Assembly: GCA_964510165.1 (NCBI GenBank)
Contig: CAZEBC010000102.1
Location: 1 to 13,985, forward strand
From: an uncultured bacterium
Lineage (GTDB): Bacteria > Abyssobacteria > SURF-5
DNA: 13,985 nt
Direction: 5' to 3'
Part shown: positions 1-6,240 of the stretch, piece by piece
Layout of the letters: each line of letters starts with the position of its first letter
Position numbering within the stretch: position 1 is the stretch's first letter
Translations under genes and position numbers: made by a program
Notes under the pieces: generated by a model
What the model was told of the DNA's origin: nothing
The model's database searches: none
Seen by the model: the letters and a program-made list of their open reading frames with translations, nothing else

Positions 1-13
1 CTCTGGTGTCAGG

Positions 14-652
14 CTAGAAATCGGCGAGTTCAGGAGCGATGCCTGCGGCCCTCATGTGGCAGGTATCGTTCATCACGACAACGATAGCGTCGTTCTCAGA
101 AAGTTCGATGACGTTGAAGGCGCAGTTGTCCTGACGGATCCTCCAAAACGCTGAATTTCCCAGCCCGAGCGCCGCGCACATGACCACCTTTGTGACCACC
201 CTGTGGGCGACGACGATCACTTGGCCTTCAGGATGCTTGCTCCTGATGCGCTCTAGTGAGGTAAGCGCCCTTTTCTTCACCATGGCCAGGCTTTCTCCTT
301 TGGGAAACCGCACTCGGTGGGGCGCCTTGTGCCATGTCCGATACATCTCGGCGAAACGCGACGCAGCCTCGGCGTCCGGCAGGCCCTGCCACTCGCCATA
401 GTCCATATCGGTGAGACCGTCGTCGAGCTGTACGGGGATTGAGTGCGGACGCGCCACGAATTGGGCTGTCTCATAGGCGCGGCCGAGCGGACTGGAATAA
501 CAGGCCACGGGGCGCAGGAAGTCGAGATGGTGTCCGAGGGCAACCGCCTCCGCGCGACCGCGGTCGTTGAGGGGAACGTCTGCCCGACCACGAAATATCT
601 GTTCCTTATTCCAATCGGTTTGTCCGTGTCGTATCAAGTAAATGGTTGTCAT
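14..652 (-). CDS. Histidine phosphatase (phosphoglycerate mutase superfamily) protein, CobC/PspA/GpmB-like
   Basis: N-terminal LIRHGQTDWN (RHG phosphohistidine motif), SSPLGRA, DYGEWQG, VAH and C-terminal NDTCH. Start moved from the ORF-track 745 to ATG 652 (MTTIYLIRHG), which has a GGAGG ribosome-binding site upstream. Substrate cannot be assigned. Confidence 0.9.
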   Translation of the reverse strand: MTTIYLIRHGQTDWNKEQIFRGRADVPLNDRGRAEAVALGHHLDFLRPVACYSSPLGRAYETAQFVARPHSIPVQLDDGLTDMDYGEWQGLPDAEAASRFAEMYRTWHKAPHRVRFPKGESLAMVKKRALTSLERIRSKHPEGQVIVVAHRVVTKVVMCAALGLGNSAFWRIRQDNCAFNVIELSENDAIVVVMNDTCHMRAAGIAPELADF

Positions 653-674
653 TTGCGCTTTCCTCCGGCTAATA

Positions 675-704
675 ATAATACCCGATTGCGAGTCATGACT
701 GCAA
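675..704 (-). promoter_or_regulatory. Candidate sigma70 promoter of the histidine phosphatase gene
   Basis: Minus strand reads TTGCAG (704-699), 18-nt spacer, TATTAT (680-675), just upstream of the RBS. Confidence 0.5.
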
Positions 705-706
705 TC
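684..706. promoter_or_regulatory. Near-perfect palindrome, candidate operator
   Basis: GATTGC-G-AGTCATGACT-GCAATC: a perfect 10-bp palindromic core (691-700) with 6-bp inverted flanks and one bulged G. Confidence 0.4.
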
Positions 707-723
707 TTGCCGTCCCATCTCGC

Positions 724-753
724 TTGACACGTTCGACCCGACCATGCTACATT
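724..753 (+). promoter_or_regulatory. Candidate sigma70 promoter of the kdsD-like gene
   Basis: TTGACA (724-729), 18-nt spacer, extended -10 TG at 745-746, TACATT (748-753). Confidence 0.6.
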
Positions 754-793
754 GCGCTCAACGGAAAGAGTCCTGCCTGGGGGGCGTATCTGT

Positions 794-1747
794 ATGTCCT
801 GGATGATTGAGAAAGCCAAGGAAGTACTGACGATAGAGGGAGAGGCGGTGCTAAAGCTTCGTGAGAAGCTTGGGAAGAGCTTCGAGCGCGCGGTGGAGAT
901 GGTCTTGGACTGCAAAGGCCGGGTGATCATAACCGGAATGGGAAAACCGGGCATCATAAGCAGAAAGATTTCGGCCACTTTTGCGAGCACCGGTACTCCC
1001 TCGCTGCCCATGCATCCCGGCGACGCGATACACGGCGACTTGGGAATGGTCACGAAGGACGACGTTGTCGTCGTGATCTCCAATAGCGGCAAGACCGAGG
1101 AGATAACGCGACTCCTGCCCATCATGAAGAAGATTGGAGCAAAACTTATTGCGATGACGGGGGACCTCGATTCCCCGCTGTCTGAACACAGTGACTGTGT
1201 GCTTGATTGCAGCGTGGACGCTGAGGCCTGCCCGTTCAATCTCACGCCGACTGCAAGCACCACGGCGGCCATGGCGCTGGGGGATGCGCTTGCCCTGGTG
1301 GTGCTTCAAAAGCGCGGTTTCCGCCCGGAGGATTTCGCCTTCTTTCATCCGGGCGGCGCCTTGGGGCGACGACTGCTCAAGGTGCGAGACGTGATGCGCG
1401 TCGGGGATCGCAATCCGGTCGTTTCCGAGGATGCGTTGGTTCGCGAGGCGCTTGTCGCCGCCACTCGCGCGCGCGCGGGAGCAGCGGTCATAATTGACTC
1501 GTTGGGAAGGCTTGCCGGCATTTTCACCGACGGCGACCTTCGCCGAAATCTGGAGAAGGACCCGACGCTTCTGTCCAAGCCGGTGAAGGATTATATGACG
1601 CGGTCGCCTCTGGCGATCTCTCCCGACAAGCTGGTTGAGGAAGCCATGCGGCTAATCAAAACCGAGCGGAAGAAGGATCTGCCTGTGACCGATGAAGCAG
1701 GAAGGCCGGTCGGCTTCGTCGACGAGCAGGATTTGCTCGGGATGTGA
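794..1747 (+). CDS. kdsD: KpsF/GutQ/KdsD family arabinose-5-phosphate isomerase (SIS domain + CBS pair)
   Basis: GMGKPG..RKISATFASTGTPS, HPGDAIHGDLGM, SNSGKTEE, EACPFNLTPTASTTA, FHPGGALG and the CBS motif GIFTDGDLRR. Start placed at ATG 794 (ATG 803 is an alternative) because the TTG at 752 lies inside the predicted -10 box. Confidence 0.92.
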   Translation: MSWMIEKAKEVLTIEGEAVLKLREKLGKSFERAVEMVLDCKGRVIITGMGKPGIISRKISATFASTGTPSLPMHPGDAIHGDLGMVTKDDVVVVISNSGKTEEITRLLPIMKKIGAKLIAMTGDLDSPLSEHSDCVLDCSVDAEACPFNLTPTASTTAAMALGDALALVVLQKRGFRPEDFAFFHPGGALGRRLLKVRDVMRVGDRNPVVSEDALVREALVAATRARAGAAVIIDSLGRLAGIFTDGDLRRNLEKDPTLLSKPVKDYMTRSPLAISPDKLVEEAMRLIKTERKKDLPVTDEAGRPVGFVDEQDLLGM

Positions 1748-1762
1748 ACAGAAGAAGCCTGC

Positions 1763-2905
1763 CTACTTCGCCGCTCCTGCGGAACTTCTCTCCCATTTGA
1801 ATGCGAGCAGACCCGCCGCAAAAAACACCGCCAGATAGGCTGTCAGAACCAGAAGGGACGGCCATATCTCGAGCGGGCGCCCGTTCACGTTCATTGCACG
1901 GCGAAGGCCTTCGGCCAGATGAGTCAACGGCAATGCCCATATGAGGGGATGGATTTTCGGGGGCATGATCTCGAGGGGCAGAAATATTCCGCAGAGCATC
2001 AGCATCGGGATGGAAACCACGTTAGCGATGGTTGAAGCCACCTCGGGCGTCTTTGCGAAGCCGGCAATCGTGAAGGCCATCGCGGCTGCAGTCAGGTTCC
2101 CGAGCAGAACGAGGAGCGCAACCGCCGCGATGGGAAGCGCCAGACTTGTCCTAAAAAACGTACGCGCGATGACCAGGATGAGTATGGTTTGCGAGGCTGC
2201 GATAAAGAGACGGAACAGCACGTGACTCAGCACGAAAGCGGAACGGCTGAGAGGGGTTACCCATAAGCGTCGCATTATTCCCTGTTCCCTGAGCCTTACG
2301 ATGGTCGGGGCCAGTGAGAATATGCAACTGGGCATCACCGCCATTGCTATGACACCGGGGATCAGGAAGTCGATGAAGTCAAAGAACTGGTCAACGGTCA
2401 CGATGCGGGTCCGAATGAAAGCGACGGGGAGAACCGACCGTGTTTCGCGAGTGACACAGCCTTCAACCGTTTCCCTGAGCAGATTGAATGCCATCTCAGT
2501 CAACGGAAGGGCGCGTGAGTCAGTGAGCACCTCCATCTTTGCTCCCGATGTGCGCAACGCTTGTTCAAAGCCGCGAGGAAAAATGACGACTATCCGCTGG
2601 TGGGTGCTCCGAGCTTGCTGCCTGGCCTCTTCTTCGGTCAACTCGGTAACAGTAAACTCTGGGGCGTTCTTGAGCGCCTCAACAAATTCTCTGGATGTCC
2701 CGGTCTGGTCGTGATCAACCACGCCGACCGGGAAATTGACATCTTCAGGCCTGAGGCTTCCAATTCCTGCCATGTCTTTGAGAACAGGCCCAAGTAAAAG
2801 CAGCAAGAAAACCGGGAGGAAGAAGACCCAGAATATTTCTTGACGGACGCGGAAAAACATCCTCGCATTCGTGAGGAGCAGATGGCCAATTCCTCTCACT
2901 GCCAA
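1763..2905 (-). CDS. ABC-2 type transporter permease (YbhR/YbhS-like, large extracytoplasmic loop)
   Basis: N-terminal TM (IFWVFFLPVFLLLLLG), loop with VGVVDHDQT, FLIPGVIAM, REQGIMRRLWVTP, GIFLPLEIMP..LPLTH and several C-terminal TM segments. TTG start follows AAGGA; GTG at 2899 is an alternative. Confidence 0.9.
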   Translation of the reverse strand: MAVRGIGHLLLTNARMFFRVRQEIFWVFFLPVFLLLLLGPVLKDMAGIGSLRPEDVNFPVGVVDHDQTGTSREFVEALKNAPEFTVTELTEEEARQQARSTHQRIVVIFPRGFEQALRTSGAKMEVLTDSRALPLTEMAFNLLRETVEGCVTRETRSVLPVAFIRTRIVTVDQFFDFIDFLIPGVIAMAVMPSCIFSLAPTIVRLREQGIMRRLWVTPLSRSAFVLSHVLFRLFIAASQTILILVIARTFFRTSLALPIAAVALLVLLGNLTAAAMAFTIAGFAKTPEVASTIANVVSIPMLMLCGIFLPLEIMPPKIHPLIWALPLTHLAEGLRRAMNVNGRPLEIWPSLLVLTAYLAVFFAAGLLAFKWERSSAGAAK

Positions 2906-2948
2906 GGATTTCCTTTCAGGTCAATAGAAGAGTGGGAGAGCACCCAGT

Positions 2949-3095
2949 TCATGATATCACACATCGAGCATGCGGGTGAACCGGAGAGGGGTCTCGAACG
3001 GGCCGACAAGCGCAACACGGACTCCAGCCGCAGTTCAGGCACAGCTTACATCCTTCGATCATGGCGATTAAGCCGCCGCAGCATGGGCATCTCAT
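2949..3095 (-). CDS. Small Cys-rich zinc-ribbon protein (48 aa), not in the ORF track
   Basis: Manual translation: MRCPCCGGLIAMIEGCKLCLNCGWSPCCACRPVRDPSPVHPHARCVIS*. AAGGAG RBS (3109-3104) lies 8 nt before the ATG, which is 38 nt after the lexA stop. CPxCG...EGCxxCxxCGWSxC pattern. Confidence 0.75.
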   Translation of the reverse strand: MRCPCCGGLIAMIEGCKLCLNCGWSPCCACRPVRDPSPVHPHARCVIS

Positions 3096-3133
3096 TTACC
3101 TTGCTCCTTGCGGTTGAGCCGTCTAGGCGAAGC

Positions 3134-3751
3134 TCAATATCGTCTCAAGAGTCCGACGAGTATCCCCTGGATTCGGATATCTCTGTCCTTGACGATCAGG
3201 GGAGCATGCTCTTCATTGGCGGGTTGGAGACGAATTGAATCCTTCTCACGATAGAATTTCTTAAGGGTAGCGTTTTCGCCATCTAGCAATGCGACGACCG
3301 TTTGTCCGTTTTCCGCGGTGTGTCCTTCGACCACAATCGCGTAGTCGCCGTCCAGGATATGGTCGTCAATCATCGAGTTTCCCTTGACCCTCAAAACGAA
3401 CATGCGCTTGCCGCGATGCGGAACGAGGTCGCCAGGGACCGCGATCGATTCCTTTTGCTCGATGGCCTCAATCGGCTCGCCTGCCGCTATGGTTCCGACG
3501 AGGGGAAGCAAGACGCTTGTTCCCACCTCGTCGAATCCCCCTCCAACCACCTCAATTGAGCGTCTTCGGTTCGGTTCATGTTTAATGAAGCCCTTTTCTC
3601 TGAGAAGGGCAAGGTGTTTGTGGACGGTCGCTACCGAAGAAAGACCCAATGCCGAACCGATCTCTTCGAGGCTGGGCGCATATCCATTCTCAGCGAGGTA
3701 GTTTCTCAGGAAATCCAACACTTCCTTTTGCCGCTTCGTCAGGCTTGCCAT
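3134..3751 (-). CDS. lexA: SOS repressor LexA (205 aa)
   Basis: LTKRQKEVLDFL..GYAPSLEEIG..SSVATVHKHL..KGFI winged-helix DNA-binding domain, IAAGEP Ala-Gly autocleavage site, catalytic Ser in VKGNSM and Lys in ATLKK. Start at ATG 3751 with GGGAG RBS. Confidence 0.97.
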   Translation of the reverse strand: MASLTKRQKEVLDFLRNYLAENGYAPSLEEIGSALGLSSVATVHKHLALLREKGFIKHEPNRRRSIEVVGGGFDEVGTSVLLPLVGTIAAGEPIEAIEQKESIAVPGDLVPHRGKRMFVLRVKGNSMIDDHILDGDYAIVVEGHTAENGQTVVALLDGENATLKKFYREKDSIRLQPANEEHAPLIVKDRDIRIQGILVGLLRRY

Positions 3752-3763
3752 TCGCGTCTCCCG

Positions 3764-3793
3764 TTGACTTGATGATTCGTTAGTTGGTACTAT
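3764..3793 (+). promoter_or_regulatory. Candidate sigma70 promoter of the nuclease-helicase gene
   Basis: TTGACT (3764-3769), 18-nt spacer, TGg-TACTAT (-10 at 3788-3793, extended type). Confidence 0.6.
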
Positions 3794-3820
3794 TATAGGC
3801 GAAACTAAGGCGAAAGTCAA
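3792..3820 (-). promoter_or_regulatory. sigma70 promoter of lexA
   Basis: Minus strand reads TTGACT (3820-3815), exactly 17 nt, TATAAT (3797-3792), which is nearly the consensus. Confidence 0.85.
3797..3815. promoter_or_regulatory. Direct-repeat operator, candidate LexA (SOS) box
   Basis: AGGCGAAA at 3797-3804 and 3808-3815 (11-bp period). The minus strand reads TTTCGCCT-tag-TTTCGCCT, i.e. TTTC-N7-TTTC, filling the lexA promoter spacer. Confidence 0.7.
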
Positions 3821-3835
3821 GCAAAACTTTATCGA

Positions 3836-6223
3836 ATGTCCGTTCGCATTGATATCGAGAGCAAGACCCTGTGGGTAGGTGTCGGCGACCTGGTCCAAGG
3901 TCTCAAGGGAAGCCTTGGCCGTTCCGGCCTCCTCGAATTTCGCGGCAAGTGGGGGCGGGAGGCTCACCGCTCGAAAGCCGCCGAGGCGGTCACGGATGGC
4001 CATCGTCTGAACGAGGTCCACGTCTCGCACTCAATCCGGGTGAATGATTATACGGCGGTCATCTCAGGGAGAATCGATTCAATACTGCTCCACAATGACT
4101 CAACAATCGTGGAGGAGGTCAAGACCGGTGCTCTCTCCGGTGTGCAGATCGAAAGTTGTAATGAGGACAGTTTTCGCACCTTTCGGGACCAACTTCGGGC
4201 TTATCTCTATTTGTTGGAATTCGGTTCCGAGTACAAGAACCTCAGTGGACGCCTGATGCTGGTGAGTCTTCTCGACGGAACCGTCGTACGTGTTCCTGTC
4301 AGCTATGAGGCGGAGCCCACCTTCCTGTTTCTACGCTCAAAGATAATAGGACTTCTGCGTCGGCATGAGCGGCGCGCCGTGAAGAAGAAGAGCCGCAAGC
4401 ATCTGGCCGGCCCGATAAAATTCCCCCATGAGAAGCCGCGCACATATCAGGCCGAGGTGAGCGATGCGGTGACGGAGGCCCTGCAATCGCGTAATCATCT
4501 GTTGTTGAGCGCGCCGACCGGAATTGGGAAGACAGCGGCGGCTCTGCACGCCGCGTTGAGGTTTGCGCTCGCCAAAGGAAAACGAATATTCTGGGCTACT
4601 GCCAAGACCTCTCAACAAGCCATCGTGTCCGAAACGCTTGCCCCGATGCTCTCCAGTTTGGCCGCATTTTCAAGCATGATCGTGGCCGCCAAAGAGAAGT
4701 TGTGCCCGAACGAGATGTATTGCTGTGATGAAGATTACTGCACATACGCGCGAGGTTTGTACGAGCGACTCCACGGATCGGGCGTGGTGGAATCTTTGCT
4801 CGGAAGCCGGTTGATTGGTTTCGGCCAGATTCTCGATGCGGCCCGCAAAGAGAGTCTGTGCCCATTTGAGCTCTCGCTGGAGCTGACGCTCGAGGTGGAC
4901 ATGGTCATTGGCGACTACAATTACGTTTTCGACCCGGCGAGTTACCTGCGTCGTTTGTTTTCCGGAAAACATCGGGATTGGATATTGGTCATAGATGAGG
5001 CTCATAATCTATATCCGCGCGCCAGGGAATACTTCTCGCCCTGCCTTTCGCTCAGGAGCGTGAAAGAGGCTGAGGAGTATGCATTGAGCGCGGGCTGGTG
5101 TCCTCCGGAGGCATTGAGGCTCATCGGCGAAGCAAGGAAATACCTGGTTTCACGGGGTCGAAGACTGCGGAAGAACGGTGGCGAGACGCAAGCAGTCATC
5201 GAAAGCGATAAAGGTTTCTCTCCTCAATTGTCGGACCGAATCGATGCCGTGCTCTCGGGATTTCTTCTCGAAAGAGTCCGGACCGACATCGAGACGGAAG
5301 AGCCGGCGGGCGCCTTCCTGACGGAACTGAGGAGGTTCTGCCGTGGGCTGGAACTGGACGGCGACTTTGCACATATATTCGATACTCGTGACGGAGGCGC
5401 CTTGAAACTGGTTTGCCTTGACCCCTCGCCACAGCTTACCGAGAGGATCGCGGGATTCCACAGTGTGATAGCCATGTCCGCAACGCTGAAACCACAAAGC
5501 TTCTTTGCCAATGTGCTCGGGTTTCCCCGGGACCAGACATTGATGTCAGAATTCGGCTCTCCGTTTCCGAGGGAAAACCGAAAGGTGATCGTCATTCCGG
5601 GAGTCGCGACAACTTTTCAGGCGCGGCGGCACACAGCGCCCGAGGTTGCGAGAACGATAAGGGATTTGGCTTCCCTCCGGTGCGGCAATTATGCGGTCTT
5701 TTTCCCCAGTTTTGCTTACATGGACCTCGTTCGGCCGCATCTGACAGGGTTTCCGGGAAACATCGTCGTTCAGGAGAGGTCCATGCGACAGTGGGAAATC
5801 AAGAAGTTGATGGCAACACTGAAGGAGGGCCGGACCAATCTGTTTCTGGCGATACAAGGAGGCATGTTTGGTGAGGGAGTTGATTACCCTGGCGCTTCCC
5901 TCATCGGGGCTTTCATCGTCGGTGTTGGCCTGCCGGAGCCGACACTGGAAAACGAACTGCTGAGGGAACACTTTGCCGAAAAATACGAGGCCGGTTTCGA
6001 ATATGCATATTTGTATCCCGGGATGACGCGGGTCATCCAGTCGGCTGGCCGGGTCATCCGCTCCGAGAGTGATTCCGGGCTTATTGTTTTAATAGGGAAA
6101 CAGTTTGCTTTGCCCGAATACGCTGCGCTGATACCGAGGGAATGGTATGACTATTCCATCGAGGAATTGGCGGCCGCGGACCCCTATGCCGCAGCGCGGG
6201 AGTTCTGGGAAGGAATCCCTTAA
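3836..6223 (+). CDS. DinG/Rad3/XPD family Fe-S DNA helicase with N-terminal PD-(D/E)XK nuclease domain
   Basis: N-terminal GRIDSIL..VEEVKTG..QLRAY nuclease motifs, Q motif PRTYQ, Walker A APTGIGKT, Fe-S cysteines LCPNEMYCCDEDYC..LCPFE, GDYNYVFDP, DEAH box, MSATL, FFPSF, EGVDYPG and motif VI QSAGRVIRS. Confidence 0.92.
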   Translation: MSVRIDIESKTLWVGVGDLVQGLKGSLGRSGLLEFRGKWGREAHRSKAAEAVTDGHRLNEVHVSHSIRVNDYTAVISGRIDSILLHNDSTIVEEVKTGALSGVQIESCNEDSFRTFRDQLRAYLYLLEFGSEYKNLSGRLMLVSLLDGTVVRVPVSYEAEPTFLFLRSKIIGLLRRHERRAVKKKSRKHLAGPIKFPHEKPRTYQAEVSDAVTEALQSRNHLLLSAPTGIGKTAAALHAALRFALAKGKRIFWATAKTSQQAIVSETLAPMLSSLAAFSSMIVAAKEKLCPNEMYCCDEDYCTYARGLYERLHGSGVVESLLGSRLIGFGQILDAARKESLCPFELSLELTLEVDMVIGDYNYVFDPASYLRRLFSGKHRDWILVIDEAHNLYPRAREYFSPCLSLRSVKEAEEYALSAGWCPPEALRLIGEARKYLVSRGRRLRKNGGETQAVIESDKGFSPQLSDRIDAVLSGFLLERVRTDIETEEPAGAFLTELRRFCRGLELDGDFAHIFDTRDGGALKLVCLDPSPQLTERIAGFHSVIAMSATLKPQSFFANVLGFPRDQTLMSEFGSPFPRENRKVIVIPGVATTFQARRHTAPEVARTIRDLASLRCGNYAVFFPSFAYMDLVRPHLTGFPGNIVVQERSMRQWEIKKLMATLKEGRTNLFLAIQGGMFGEGVDYPGASLIGAFIVGVGLPEPTLENELLREHFAEKYEAGFEYAYLYPGMTRVIQSAGRVIRSESDSGLIVLIGKQFALPEYAALIPREWYDYSIEELAAADPYAAAREFWEGIP

Positions 6224-6240
6224 TATGGGTCGCCAAGGTC

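Noticed and set aside
653-793. Upstream extensions of the phosphatase (to 745) and kdsD (from 752)
   Set aside because: They overlap the predicted promoters, and better starts with RBS-like sequences exist at 652 and 794.
2949-3095. Cys-rich microprotein as a RiPP precursor exported by the ABC-2 permease
   Set aside because: No leader peptide, and no radical SAM, LanM/LanC or peptidase gene nearby. The Cys spacing fits a zinc ribbon.
2840-3238. 132-aa plus-strand ORF across the permease-lexA gap
   Set aside because: Antisense to three minus-strand genes, Ser/Arg-rich with no motif. The Cys-rich minus-strand ORF with an RBS explains the gap better.
3752-4030. 93-aa N-terminal extension of LexA in the ORF track
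   Set aside because: It spans the consensus lexA promoter and runs antisense into the helicase gene. The LexA domain and an RBS begin at ATG 3751.
3836-4400. Cas4/CasDinG (CRISPR type IV) interpretation of the nuclease-helicase
   Set aside because: No CRISPR array or other cas genes in the window, and the nuclease domain lacks the Cas4 cysteine cluster. The context is DNA repair.
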